The notes: generated from the letters alone by a model not told the origin. A stretch of DNA of 31,793 nt from Elainellaceae cyanobacterium (GCA_051117555.1 JBNPEG010000107.1:1-31793), one strand, 5' to 3'; positions 19,414 to 29,329 are shown, counted from the first letter of the stretch. Numbers and translations: made by a program.

Positions 19414-21903
19414 ATGCCTCCATCTCAGCCTGAATCTGATCGATATATACACATCACTTTCACTCGTGAACCGAAGAAGCGATTTGATGACCGGAAAACT
19501 CGACCAAATCTTGGTGCGCCAAAAGCTCCTATCCGAGAAGATCGTCATCAACATGCTCAAGAAATTTCACAAGGTATTACGCAGGCAACACAGCAAATAT
19601 CACAAGCCCGAAAAGGCTATGGCATAGATCCTGAACAGCTTCTTGTTTTGGAATTCAATAGCACCAATATCAACCTGCGAGAAACCTTCGAGCGTTTTGG
19701 TGCGTGGGTTGTTAGTGAGTTTAAGGATAAAGTAGCTGATCAAGATCACTATCGTTTGCTTGTTCAATTTCCAACCGAAACTTCGCGTCAGCTTTTATCG
19801 GATGAGAATCGTCTTTACGACATAGGGGCAACTGAGAATACAGTTTTGGCTCCTGTAATGAGACAGAACTTCTTTGCCGCATTAGAATCAGTAAGCTCAG
19901 TATCACGTGAGGAAAGGATTGGAGTTCGTCTACGGGAGGAAGGTTTCCCTGATGCGGAGTCTTTTTATCTTGATGTAGATCTTTGGCATCCCGGAGATCA
20001 AGATTCTGTTCGCAAGGTGTTGGGTGATATTCGCTCAATGTGTGCCAGTTATGATGGACAGCTAACTGAAGAGGTGCGAACTTCTAGTTTGCTACTGGTC
20101 AAAGTTCGCGGTTCGCGGCAGTTAGCAGAGGCTTTGCTGGAGTTAGACTGGGTTGCTCGTGTTGATCTTCCTCCTAAATTATCACGCGCTTATTCCGAGA
20201 TATTTGGAGATGTGAAACCACCTGATCCAATGCCAGTTCCTTCAAACGAAGATCCGATAGTATGTGTCATAGACAGTGGAGTAGTTTCAGGACATCCTTT
20301 TCTAACCAATTGGGTTGTTGAAGAACGAGATTTCGACACAGGAGAAGATACTTCAACTGATCTAAACGGACATGGAACGTCTGTTGCTGGTTTGGTCGTC
20401 TACGGTGACATTGCTAGTTGTTTAGAAAGCAATCAGTGGCAACCCAGAGTTCGGATTTGTAGTGCTAAAGTGCTTTGCCATGATCCTGCGTGGGGACCTG
20501 TTATTCCAGAACACCACCGTGCTGAAGGGTTAATCGAGCAAGCTATCCGAGACTTCGTCAAAGAACGACAATGCCAAGTCTTTAATCTTTCTATTGCCAA
20601 CCCACAAGAAGTTTATCGGGGTGGACGACAGTTCCCGTGGGCAGAAAAACTCGACGAGCTAGCCAGAGAATGGGATGTTGTGATTGTTCAGATTGCTGGT
20701 AATTGCGAACCCCTGATATCAGAGGATGTGACTACGAGAGAGGAATTTCAGAAGGCTGTTCGAGACAGCTTACTGAAAGATGAAAATCTCAGAATTTGTA
20801 ATCCTGGTACAGCTGCTCTTACCATCACAGTTGGTGCCTTGGCTAGATCAGATGCTCTTGGAGATCACGTAAAAACTACAGGTGTTCGCTTGAAAGATGC
20901 GTTTCCAGGTGCGCCAGCTCATGCTCCTGCACCTTTTACCAGAGTGGGGTGGGGGCTTGCTTATGGTGGTAATAACACAGCAGTTAAACCCGATGTTGTT
21001 GCTTATGGAGGAAACTGGGCAATTCAAACTATTGCAGGTGGAAGCCCCAAGTGGAAGCCTTTTATCTTTCTAGGGGAACCAACCATCCAAATAGAAGACA
21101 GTAGTCGGTTTATCACGGCAAGAGATGGCACTTCTTTTGCTTGTCCTCACGTTGCTCATGCTGCTGCGATCGCTGCATCCAGTCTAAAAACAACCCTTGG
21201 ACGAAGACCATCTGCTAATTTGATTCGTGCTTTAGTAGGTAGCGCGACCTATCCACCGCCGTGTCCTCCAGGTTGGTTAGGCAACGAGAAAGACACGCTG
21301 CGTCTCATCGGCTATGGAATGTGTTCTGTCGATGATTTAACAGCATCCAAGAAAAACCGGGTTCGTTTGATTGCCATGGATGAAGTCGAGTTGGATAAGC
21401 TTCATATCTATCGAGTTGCAGTTCCTGAAATCTTTCTTACAACAAAGGGAAAAAGGGGTATTACAGTTGCACTTGCTTACGATCCGCCTATTCGTGCCAG
21501 TCGCAAAGAGTATCTTGCAAATACAATGTGGGTTGAAGCATTACATGGTTTAACCACAGAAGAAGTTGAAATCTATCGAGCAAAGAATACTGCTTCTGAT
21601 GTAGATACTCTTCCGTCTAAATATCAATTAGAGTTGCGTCCTACAAAAACGGATGTTCGATGGTCAACATTACAGGTTAGAAGATTAAAAAAACAGTCTA
21701 AATTGAAAATACCTGCTGGTGAAACAGAGGCAGTAGTTCATTTTGTGGTTGGCTGTCAGCACAGATTTCCTACGGGTTTTGACTACAAACAGAGGTATGG
21801 CTTAGTTGTTCTTTTTTGGCACGAATCAGAACAGATAGAGCTATACCAGGAGTTACGAGTGAGGGATAGAGTGCGTATGAAATCGGCTCGTGTTCGGGCT
21901 TAG
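19414..21903 (+). CDS. S8 subtilisin-like serine protease, IetS-like
   Basis: Catalytic triad motifs VIDSG, NGHGTSVAG, GTSFACP; VKPDVVAYGGN, LAYDPP; 5 bp downstream of the ATPase; no signal peptide. Confidence 0.9.
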   Translation: MPPSQPESDRYIHITFTREPKKRFDDRKTRPNLGAPKAPIREDRHQHAQEISQGITQATQQISQARKGYGIDPEQLLVLEFNSTNINLRETFERFGAWVVSEFKDKVADQDHYRLLVQFPTETSRQLLSDENRLYDIGATENTVLAPVMRQNFFAALESVSSVSREERIGVRLREEGFPDAESFYLDVDLWHPGDQDSVRKVLGDIRSMCASYDGQLTEEVRTSSLLLVKVRGSRQLAEALLELDWVARVDLPPKLSRAYSEIFGDVKPPDPMPVPSNEDPIVCVIDSGVVSGHPFLTNWVVEERDFDTGEDTSTDLNGHGTSVAGLVVYGDIASCLESNQWQPRVRICSAKVLCHDPAWGPVIPEHHRAEGLIEQAIRDFVKERQCQVFNLSIANPQEVYRGGRQFPWAEKLDELAREWDVVIVQIAGNCEPLISEDVTTREEFQKAVRDSLLKDENLRICNPGTAALTITVGALARSDALGDHVKTTGVRLKDAFPGAPAHAPAPFTRVGWGLAYGGNNTAVKPDVVAYGGNWAIQTIAGGSPKWKPFIFLGEPTIQIEDSSRFITARDGTSFACPHVAHAAAIAASSLKTTLGRRPSANLIRALVGSATYPPPCPPGWLGNEKDTLRLIGYGMCSVDDLTASKKNRVRLIAMDEVELDKLHIYRVAVPEIFLTTKGKRGITVALAYDPPIRASRKEYLANTMWVEALHGLTTEEVEIYRAKNTASDVDTLPSKYQLELRPTKTDVRWSTLQVRRLKKQSKLKIPAGETEAVVHFVVGCQHRFPTGFDYKQRYGLVVLFWHESEQIELYQELRVRDRVRMKSARVRA

Positions 21904-22001
21904 ATACTCAGGTTTATTGAATCTAATTTTTTCGATAGAAATTTGGGTAGATGAAGTCACATATTCTTTAGTTCCCTCTAATTCCGAGTAATAGGTGAAA
22001 A

Positions 22002-22250
22002 ATGGTTACAACATTCAACAAACCGTCCTCACTGATTCACGAAATTCAGCTCGAAAAAGTCGGTGACTGGAGTTTATTTAAATTTAGTGAATCTCTCCAA
22101 CTTCGAATGGAGAGCCTTCTAGAGAAAAAGAAAGCTGATCAGCTAACTCCCGACGAACTCTCTGAACTCGATGCGATCGGGGAGCTAGACCGCATTTTTA
22201 CTCACATCAACGCCATGGCTGCTCAACATGCCAGCCGAGTATCACCATAA
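22002..22250 (+). CDS. Small hypothetical protein (antitoxin-like)
   Basis: AGGTG RBS; LQLRMESLLEKKKADQLTPDELSELD helical pattern. Confidence 0.6.
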   Translation: MVTTFNKPSSLIHEIQLEKVGDWSLFKFSESLQLRMESLLEKKKADQLTPDELSELDAIGELDRIFTHINAMAAQHASRVSP

Positions 22251-22385
22251 CATCAGGATCAATTGAAGATATCAATACTACAGAGCGATACTATAGAGCG
22301 ATCGCCCCGTGGTATCGCCCCGTTCAGAAAACCTCAACTAAAATCCGTCGAGACCGATTCAGATGCAAAGTATGTGTCAAGAGGT

Positions 22386-22949
22386 CTATAACTTTAGCCA
22401 ACTAAACACATCACCGACAGTCAGTTGCAACTCAGAAACTAAACTAGGAACTGGTAAAACCTCTTGTGCATCTTGCAGCAATTCAGGTTGTTGTCCGGTG
22501 GGGTAGATGAGAAGCGATCGCTCCTTTGGATCAATCAACCACCCCATCTGACATCCTTGGTTCAAACAATGCAGAATATTTCCAGTTACTTTGGTGGGGC
22601 TTTGTTCTGGAGATAGGATTTCAATTGTCCAGTCAGGGCACATTGGAAAGCTATTGGCAATGTCTCCACGATCGTCAACTGGAATTCGATCCCAAGCAAA
22701 TATGGAAACATCAGGAACGAGCGATCGCCCACCAAACGTACACCTTAATTCTGGGAACGCTAGCGCAATTTTTCGATCCTCCACGACTTGATTAATGGCT
22801 GTGACCAGTTTCCCCTGTAATTTGCTGTGCTTCCCTTGCGGCATCGGCTTCTGAACCACCTTCCCGTGGATATATTCACTGGCGGGCTTTGTTTCGGGTA
22901 GCGTCAGAAACTCCTCCAGCGTAATTGTTCTTTCAGGGACTTGCACCAT
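22386..22949 (-). CDS. Uma2-family (DUF820) endonuclease
   Basis: LEEFL.LPETKPASEY, KPMPQGKHS, VPDVS, PDWTIEILSP, GWLIDP; start moved to ATG 22949. Confidence 0.92.
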   Translation of the reverse strand: MVQVPERTITLEEFLTLPETKPASEYIHGKVVQKPMPQGKHSKLQGKLVTAINQVVEDRKIALAFPELRCTFGGRSLVPDVSIFAWDRIPVDDRGDIANSFPMCPDWTIEILSPEQSPTKVTGNILHCLNQGCQMGWLIDPKERSLLIYPTGQQPELLQDAQEVLPVPSLVSELQLTVGDVFSWLKL

Positions 22950-23136
22950 AAAACTTTTTCCCTTGCTAAGGTCAACACAGCAAAGTAAGAAGGGCACCCC
23001 CCACCTGCTGATGAGTTTTGCCTATTTTAACTTGACTGATTCGATCCAAAGTTGTGGATTAGGTTGGTGCGATCGCCCGTTATTCTTTAACTGCGTATTA
23101 AGATTAAAATGACCCTCTATTGATTGGTCAACAACG

Positions 23137-24330
23137 ATGAAAATAAAGCGCGGTTTGGTCATCACCAGCATCCTGCTAGCCACTACAGCCGGACTAGGAA
23201 GCGGGGTTTCATCCACCGTTAATGCTCAGACCAATTGCACTATTAACCGGGGGCGAGCCAGCACCCTCACCTGCGCCAGAATTTACCGCATCGTCCAAAC
23301 CGTGCGACTATTCACTCGGGGCGGCAGAACATTACGCCTCACCCCTGCGGATCAGACCGTCATACTTCCAGAGGAACGCCTTCAAACCTTGTCAGGTTCT
23401 AGAGCCGAGCTTCAGTTCAACGATGGCTCTCTCGCCTGGACCCGAGCCGGAACCGTATTTGAATTTGCTCCTCGGCAGCGCATCATTCAACTGGGTAACG
23501 GTGCCATATTAGTTGTCACCGAGCGAGGAGCACCACCGATTCGGGTGAGTACGGCAGAAGCAAACATCATTCCTCGGGGGTCTGCCTATGTAGTTCAGCG
23601 GAACGAAGCCACTGAAACCACCGATGTCTTTGCGTTGACAGAAAATCCAGACGGGTTGCTGACGGTATCCAGCTCAGTTGAGGGAGACGAATCGGTCGAG
23701 TTGGAAGCTGGAGAAACCGTCACCGCCGACGAAACCGGACTCAGCGCCGTCGAAGAGTTTGATTTAGAACTGTTTTATTCAACCAATCCGATCGTTGCCG
23801 GACTAGGCCCCAATCAAGAAACCGTCGTATCGCAAAAGCCAGCCTCTGTTCAGCAAACGCTGAATTCGGTCCGGGTAGAAACCTTAGCGGCAGTCGACGC
23901 TCAAACTGCCGGATTTCGCAGAACGTTTCTCCGCACTGCGCTGACGGGAGCGGATATGGATTTAGACCTAGACGTGCGACTGCGGGACGACATTGAAGAC
24001 GTGACAGAGGAGTTGTCTGGACGGTATGAGCTAGATGATGATTTTGATCGAGACGACATTACTGGATTTATAACGTTTGAGCCATTTGATGATGTTGGCA
24101 GCGTCGAGTTTGAGTTTCAGGACGGCGAACTCTTAAGCATTGACGGACAAGCGATTCAGAATATTCGAGTCTCATCGTTTGGGCTGAGTGGCGACAGCGC
24201 CAGAGGCACCATTGTCTTAGACAACGGTGAGGCCATTCGGATTGAAGTCTTCGGGATCGGGGGCAATTTTGACGAAGATGATGAGGTGCTCCCCGGCAAT
24301 CTGATTCGAGGGACGGTTCCCGATCGCTAG
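23137..24330 (+). CDS. Exported FecR-domain protein with acidic C-terminal region
   Basis: Signal peptide (..VNA-Q), LQTLSGSRAELQFNDGS, IRVSTAEANIIPRGS. Confidence 0.75.
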   Translation: MKIKRGLVITSILLATTAGLGSGVSSTVNAQTNCTINRGRASTLTCARIYRIVQTVRLFTRGGRTLRLTPADQTVILPEERLQTLSGSRAELQFNDGSLAWTRAGTVFEFAPRQRIIQLGNGAILVVTERGAPPIRVSTAEANIIPRGSAYVVQRNEATETTDVFALTENPDGLLTVSSSVEGDESVELEAGETVTADETGLSAVEEFDLELFYSTNPIVAGLGPNQETVVSQKPASVQQTLNSVRVETLAAVDAQTAGFRRTFLRTALTGADMDLDLDVRLRDDIEDVTEELSGRYELDDDFDRDDITGFITFEPFDDVGSVEFEFQDGELLSIDGQAIQNIRVSSFGLSGDSARGTIVLDNGEAIRIEVFGIGGNFDEDDEVLPGNLIRGTVPDR

Positions 24331-24359
24331 TTGGATAAGCGAGTATTGATTTGAATTAG

Positions 24360-24712
24360 GGCTTGCTGAAGCGGTTGGGGCAAGCTTTGCCATGACATGA
24401 GCTAAACCAAAGCGACACTTGCCCACGCCAAACTTGCCTTCCACCTGGTTGCGAACAGCAGCATCAGCTTGGGCTTGGGCTTGAACTTCGGACCCGCTTG
24501 CAGGGTGGTGCGGGAGGGGGGCTATACCTACTCGACCACATAACACCAGCCGAACGTACTCATTACCGCTATCACTGGCTTCTTTCAAGTTTTTGGAAAT
24601 GCCCCAAATATCTCAAAAAACCGCCTCAACCGCACTGGCTTACGGGAGTCTGTGAAAGCGCCCTTGCGGGCGCCCTTTGTTTCTGTGGTCGCGGGTTATT
24701 CCGCGAAAAGCC
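24360..24712 (-). mobile_element. Internally deleted IS5-family element
   Basis: Transposase C-terminal fragment RNQVEGKFGVGKCRFGLAHVMAKL; end GGCTTGCTGAA (24360) and degenerate opposite end TTATTCCGCGAAAAGCC (to 24712). Confidence 0.7.
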
Positions 24713-24767
24713 TCAATGCGTCTATATGATCTGACAGCGCTTTTTCCCTATCTCTAGCGGGCTATCC

Positions 24768-25256
24768 CTAGGTTTCGGGTGGAGAGTCAAGATTTTCTGA
24801 TTGAGCTACTTGTACCCCAATAATGTGGTCGATCAAGTCGCGTGCATGTTGGGCTTCCTCTAATCGACTTCTGTAAGAACTATGGAGTGATGCATATTTA
24901 CTCAACCCTTTCAGTGATGCCTTGATGGTTTCTAGTTCATCCTCGGAGAGCAGTTCGCCATCCAGCATTTTCTGAAACAGTTCCAAGCTTTCAATTGATT
25001 TCCTTTCTTTGCATAGTTTTAGCTGGACATCCGCAAGTCCTTGGAGTTTACGAATCGCATCATTGATTGACTCAGACGTATATTGTTCTCCAGCACTCGT
25101 ATTAGAATTGCTGCTGGAGGTATTGCTAATACCATTACTGGAATTATGCTTGGCGGGAGAGTTGGCAGCGCCATCCGCGGTGCCGTTAGTATCGCGGGGC
25201 GTCTGACTGGTTGTCTGACTTGGAGGGTTACTGAGCACTTTATTCTTTGGATTCAT
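24768..25256 (-). CDS. Hypothetical protein, Ser/Asn-rich N-terminus and helical C-terminus
   Basis: 162-aa ORF with AGGA RBS. Confidence 0.65.
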   Translation of the reverse strand: MNPKNKVLSNPPSQTTSQTPRDTNGTADGAANSPAKHNSSNGISNTSSSNSNTSAGEQYTSESINDAIRKLQGLADVQLKLCKERKSIESLELFQKMLDGELLSEDELETIKASLKGLSKYASLHSSYRSRLEEAQHARDLIDHIIGVQVAQSENLDSPPET

Positions 25257-25419
25257 ATGACGTTATCCTGAACTGACGTTATCCTGAACGGAGCATCCAC
25301 AGCGATCATAGTACAAATGCCCTATTGATCAATATATTCTTTAAGTAGATGGGGCTGATAAGAGGTGTTCAAATTTAGATAGCCGCTGATAACGTAGCGA
25401 TTTTCTTCGATAAGATAAT

Positions 25420-25590
25420 CAGAAAATGATGGCTCTTGTCACTCGTTCCAAGGTTGCAAGATCATTAAACACATAGGCTCTACCTTCTTTTTGTAGCAAC
25501 CGTTGAACTTGAGCGGTCCAGGTGAATGGCGGTAAATGAGACTGGGGCGAGCCTCTGGGGACACAGATAATCTTTTGCAACTCATCGAAA
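25420..25590 (-). pseudogene. Fragment of a small cyanobacterial protein
   Basis: Startless frame QVQRLLQKEGRAYVFNDLATLERVTRAII looks protein-like; family not certain, boundaries approximate. Confidence 0.35.
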
Positions 25591-25622
25591 CGCTACTCAG
25601 CTAGTGGTTAAGAAGATGTCCG

Positions 25623-26489
25623 TCAAACTCTCGAATAAACGCTCAATGCAGTCACTGTGACCAAAATCAGTCCCATACCGAAGATTTGTGGGCCCACCAG
25701 GCTTTCATTTAAAACCACTACGCCGAATAGCGACGCGATGACGGGCTCGATCATTGCCACAATTGAGGCCAAAGCCGGCGCGATACTGTTCAGACCAACG
25801 ATATAAAGAACGAACGACAATCCCGCGCCAAACACACCCAGTGCTGCGAACAGCGGCCAATCCGGCGTGCTCAGGACGGCAACGGTCTGATTGACATCGC
25901 CCGGCCAAATCAGGATGGTAGCCAGTACCGCGAACGCTATCGTGAGAATCGCCTGCGGGCTACCGTGGGGTGCCGCATACTTGAAGCCGAAAATGAATAC
26001 CGCATAGGACAGCCCGGCAAGCAGCCCAGCGACCACGCCAATCGGCGTGACACTGCCCGCTCCGATATCGTAAATCTGGGTGAGCAACACGATGCCAAAC
26101 ATCACCACCGCAAACGCAGCCAACTTCGGCACGGTGGGCCTTTCGATCTTGAGTGCGAATGACACAAGATACACGAACACGGGTGCGCAGTACATTAATG
26201 TAGCCGCAACCGCTATGCTGCCCTGCCCGATGCTCACGAAATAGAACGCGAAGTTGCCCGCTACACCGAGACCGGCGATCGCTGACCAGAACCATAACTG
26301 GCGATTGGCCAATCCGCTACCACTCGGGCGCAACGCTAGCCAGACGAGGACAAACAGCAGCCCGATCACGCCTCGATAGAACGAAACCACGAACGCGTCC
26401 CAGCCGCCGGCCATAAGAATACCGCCAATTCCTCCTGATAACCCCCAGCAGAGAGCTGCCAGAACCACGTAAACCTTACTCACACCCAC
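25623..26489 (-). CDS. EamA/DMT-family transporter, probable integron cassette
   Basis: About 10 TM helices, LAALCWG, AATLMYCAPVFV, ASIVAMIEPV; visibly more GC-rich than its flanks. Confidence 0.9.
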   Translation of the reverse strand: MGVSKVYVVLAALCWGLSGGIGGILMAGGWDAFVVSFYRGVIGLLFVLVWLALRPSGSGLANRQLWFWSAIAGLGVAGNFAFYFVSIGQGSIAVAATLMYCAPVFVYLVSFALKIERPTVPKLAAFAVVMFGIVLLTQIYDIGAGSVTPIGVVAGLLAGLSYAVFIFGFKYAAPHGSPQAILTIAFAVLATILIWPGDVNQTVAVLSTPDWPLFAALGVFGAGLSFVLYIVGLNSIAPALASIVAMIEPVIASLFGVVVLNESLVGPQIFGMGLILVTVTALSVYSRV

Positions 26490-26560
26490 TATTTGATCTC
26501 CTTATTGCATGATGAAAATCAGAAAGTTAGAGGTAGTGAGTTCCATACTGCTATGCAAGT

Positions 26561-26655
26561 CCCTAACCATCTGCACCAATCGAGGACTGAACAGCAGATC
26601 TTTCTGACAAACAACTCTGTACTGGTTGTCAGTTTACTTGATCAGTGCTGATTGC
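26561..26655 (-). other. Degenerate attC-like site
   Basis: Minus strand ends CTCGATTGGTGCAGATGGTTAGGG (GTTRRRN); partial pairing with CAGCACTGATCAAG; no clear R'' box. Confidence 0.4.
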
Positions 26656-26658
26656 GCT

Positions 26659-26744
26659 GCTTAACAGTGAAATTGTGCGGTGGCAGATAAGACCGAAATG
26701 AAGCGCAAAGTCTCTATTCCGTCCTCTCCACTGCGTTGTTAGCT
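26659..26744 (-). other. Integron attC site (imperfect arms)
   Basis: Minus strand AGCTAAC...TTATCTGCCACCGCACAATTTCACTGTTAAGC, 86 bp; right arm similar to the attC at 28645. Confidence 0.7.
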
Positions 26745-26956
26745 GGCTGGCTATTACGCGATGCTTCTAATTTCTGCCGAATTGCTGCCTGAATCTTTGC
26801 GTCAAAATCAGGATCGCTCGGGCTCGCAATGAGGGATTTTAGACGCTGACTGAACCTGTCCAAATACGCCTGAAAAACGGCTTGATCTCGGCGGTTTGAT
26901 AGAAAGTGCCGTTTTAATTCGGCATCACTCATAGCATCAAAATTCACTTGACTCAT
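26714..26956 (-). CDS. DUF6887-like small protein (putative antitoxin)
   Basis: NFDAMSDAELKRHFLSNRRDQAVFQAYLDR; C-terminus runs into attC. Confidence 0.65.
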   Translation of the reverse strand: MSQVNFDAMSDAELKRHFLSNRRDQAVFQAYLDRFSQRLKSLIASPSDPDFDAKIQAAIRQKLEASRNSQPANNAVERTE

Positions 26957-27090
26957 CAGAACACCTCTCCGTTCGGTACAATTTCAAACTCAAGGTCTTC
27001 ACCATATCCAGCCAGGACATATACGTTGCGAGTCCGACGATCAACACAGACTACATGCATTGGTTGTAACATGGTGAACGTCAATTGACA
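26956..27090 (-). pseudogene. DUF6888-like partner, N-terminus lost
   Basis: CQLTFTMLQPMHVVCVDRRTRNVYVLAGYGEDLEFEIVPNGEVF*, TGATG overlap with the next gene. Confidence 0.55.
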
Positions 27091-27119
27091 TCTGACGTGG
27101 ATAGGCAGAATGATTCAGC

Positions 27120-27326
27120 TTTCAAGTCCATTGTGCCAAGTCTGGGATGCTCTTTCCGGAGACGTTGAAACTCTTTGGCAGCTTGTTCATCAAACTCAAG
27201 AACCGGAATTGCGCAGTAGTTCGCTATCTGCTACTTCACCGGAACGGGCGCTTGCTAACCTTTGTAAGAGGTGCTGAGCGCTGACTCCTCCACGATCTGA
27301 AATACTGAAACACTACGATGATCGGT
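27120..27326 (-). pseudogene. VapC/PIN toxin remnant
   Basis: Fragments TDH, DRGGVSAQHLLQRLASARSGEVA and NYCAIPVLEFDEQAAKEFQRLRKEHPRLGTMDLK separated by frameshifts; middle and end missing. Confidence 0.65.
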
Positions 27327-27571
27327 TTGCTCCCATCTACCTTCAAGAGCTGCCAAAGCCGACATTGAAGTAGTACAACGGCGATCGCCCTTTTCGATGG
27401 TCGGTGGGTATGGCGTTGTTAGACTACAATCGCTTGCTTCAAGGAATTCATGAGCATGATACGTTCCTAAGAATCTATCGGTGGGGTAGTAAGAGTTGCA
27501 GTAGGGAACGCGCCATTTCATTATGTTTGATTGTTCGACAACCATTTTGATTATGCTTGGATATGTCTAAA

Positions 27572-27595
27572 GGTGCGTCATCGGACGCACCCTAC
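27572..27595 (-). repeat. GTAG-type REP palindrome
   Basis: GGTGCGTC-ATCG-GACGCACC-CTAC. Confidence 0.75.
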
Positions 27596-27610
27596 AAGAT
27601 GGCGATCGCA

Positions 27611-28027
27611 CTATTTTTGAGATGCAACATAAGAACGCCAAATAAAGGTAAACAGCACCCCTAAAGCGAAAGAAACAACGAGAAGTAGAGAACGCCCTAT
27701 AAAAACGTCAGATATATCACTTTTGTCTTGAACAGCAAGCTCAAAGATCCTTTCTAATTTGGCAAGTAAAAAACCAGTTAAGAATGTTGCAATTGCCTTT
27801 CCGAACTCTGAGAATCTTGATCTTTCAATGTCTGAGATTGGCGTTATGAGTATCCCTAGTATCCAGCCAATTAGACCACCACAAAAAAGGAAGAGAACGT
27901 TGAGTTGAGGCGAGTTACCAATCGAGAAACACGACCAGAACAAAAAGCCAATAGCTATTAACCCTAGCAAATAGCCGATTATTGCTCCACTGCTTCTCAT
28001 TTTTTCAATCTCCCCAACAGGGTACAT
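27611..28027 (-). CDS. Hypothetical 4-TM membrane protein
   Basis: 138-aa hydrophobic ORF, AT-rich, inside the cassette region. Confidence 0.7.
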   Translation of the reverse strand: MYPVGEIEKMRSSGAIIGYLLGLIAIGFLFWSCFSIGNSPQLNVLFLFCGGLIGWILGILITPISDIERSRFSEFGKAIATFLTGFLLAKLERIFELAVQDKSDISDVFIGRSLLLVVSFALGVLFTFIWRSYVASQK

Positions 28028-28124
28028 GATAGTTCTTGTTTTGCTTTATCCGGATCTAATTAATAAACAGTCATCTACCTTCATCAGCATCATAATCAAG
28101 ATTAACTTCAGGCAATGTTCTCAC

Positions 28125-28161
28125 CAGCGGGTCAAATGTCCGCTGCAACGACCTGTTGGGC
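28125..28161 (-). other. Truncated attC (left arm only)
   Basis: Minus strand TGCG-GCCCAAC-AGGTCGTTGCAGCGGACATTTGACCCGCTG; exactly complementary to GTTGGGCCGCA at the cassette start. Confidence 0.65.
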
Positions 28162-28638
28162 CGCATCAGGCACAACGCTCGTGAACTCGAACTTGCGACC
28201 CGAGAACGAATCAAATAGCCGCCGATGCTGTTCCAACCCATATTCATCTCTTCGCGTTTCGTACTCTGATACCCACTTGATCAGGTTATCTAGATTCTGC
28301 TCTTGCTCTGATTCGGACGCGAACTTCTCCGGCTCCCAAGGGCGGCGCCGGCAGTGCTCGATGCAAGTGGCCACCCCAGGATTCAAGAACACAAGCGTCT
28401 CGCAGTGCTCAAGAGCAGGTTCAATGATGTCGGCGTAACAACCTTCTACAATCCAATTCTCATTGGCTCCAATGAACTCGAGAACATCGCGAATGCTTTC
28501 AGTGAGTGGGCGCCGCTCGGCTCCTTTTGAGAAAGCCACTTCGTCAAGTGACAGGCGCGGTACGTGAACATCGCCCATCAATGCACGCGAAAGGGTTGTT
28601 TTACCTGCCCCGGCGTTTCCCATAAGCACGATTTTCAC
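28132..28638 (-). CDS. P-loop kinase (adenylate/shikimate kinase-like, FlaR-like), integron cassette
   Basis: GNAGAGKTT, LSLDE, WIVEGCY, RPWEPEKF; GTG start just after attC. Confidence 0.8.
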   Translation of the reverse strand: MKIVLMGNAGAGKTTLSRALMGDVHVPRLSLDEVAFSKGAERRPLTESIRDVLEFIGANENWIVEGCYADIIEPALEHCETLVFLNPGVATCIEHCRRRPWEPEKFASESEQEQNLDNLIKWVSEYETRRDEYGLEQHRRLFDSFSGRKFEFTSVVPDAAQQVVAADI

Positions 28639-28644
28639 AATGCG

Positions 28645-28731
28645 GCCCAACGACTCAAATCAGCGGCGGCAGATAACCTTGAACTCATCACCAGTGGCTC
28701 TCGACCGTCCGCTGCATTTGAATTGTTAGAC
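28645..28731 (-). other. Integron attC site
   Basis: GTCTAAC-AATT-CAAATGCAGCGGACGG...CCGCCGCTGATTTG-AGTC-GTTGGGC, 87 bp, with two extrahelical bases. Confidence 0.9.
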
Positions 28732-28732
28732 C

Positions 28733-28960
28733 TCATAGACTATCGATGAACTCTTCAACTGTAACTTGTGCTTGCTTGAGAATTCCGCTCAACGTACCAA
28801 TCTTCAATTCCCGATGCACAGGGACAACACAACCAATTGCGCCCTCTTCGGTTTCCTTCTTCATTACAATATGACTACCCGTTTGGCGAACTTGCTCGAA
28901 TCCTAACCGCTCAAGTGCTCGAATTGCCTCTCTACTTGAGATGCGTGGCAGCTTAGGCAT
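28733..28960 (-). CDS. hicA: HicA-family toxin
   Basis: LERLGF..VRQTGSHIVMKK..VVPVH..LKIGTLSGILKQA. Confidence 0.92.
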   Translation of the reverse strand: MPKLPRISSREAIRALERLGFEQVRQTGSHIVMKKETEEGAIGCVVPVHRELKIGTLSGILKQAQVTVEEFIDSL

Positions 28961-29162
28961 AGCTGACCTCAATGCTGGTCACAAATCTAGGAGAGGTTTC
29001 AGGTAAAGGAAATTCCTCTAAGTAGAGTCGCGTTGCCTCTCTCAAACCTGCGATTGCCTGCTCGATCGTTTCCCCTTGATCAACTGTGCCAACCTCTGGA
29101 CATTCAGCGATGTACATCTCCTCTTCTTTATAGAGAATGACAGTAAAGCTACGACTCTTCAT
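28953..29162 (-). CDS. hicB: HicB-family antitoxin (short, no DNA-binding domain evident)
   Basis: YIAECPEVGTVDQGETIEQAIAGLREATRLYLE; overlaps the hicA start. Confidence 0.9.
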   Translation of the reverse strand: MKSRSFTVILYKEEEMYIAECPEVGTVDQGETIEQAIAGLREATRLYLEEFPLPETSPRFVTSIEVSYA

Positions 29163-29329
29163 CACGTTTATCCTCAAACCTTCTTTCAGAAAGCATAACA
29201 TCACCCTTTTTTAGAAATCGGCAAAGGGTGACATAGGAGTTCTAAAGAAGAACTTAACCAAACCTGAACTCTCTCAACACAAGCCCTAAAGATGCTGGGC
29301 ACTTGCACTGTGCTAAAAGGGATACGGGT

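Noticed and set aside
22276..22324. Short duplications around a HIP1 site
   Set aside because: Only 10-12 bp, probably junction scars; no further structure
24217..24734. ORFs 24217-24588 and 24498-24734 as genes
   Set aside because: They lie in the IS5 remnant; only a short transposase fragment is real
27255..27545. 96-aa ORF
   Set aside because: Its 3' part is mostly an off-frame reading of the VapC remnant; the rest is unrecognisable
29192..29258. attC upstream of hicB
   Set aside because: GTTATGC and GTTAAGT cores exist on the minus strand but no matching R'' or L boxes; the TCACCCTTT/AAAGGGTGA inverted repeat could be an operator or terminator, but this is unsupported
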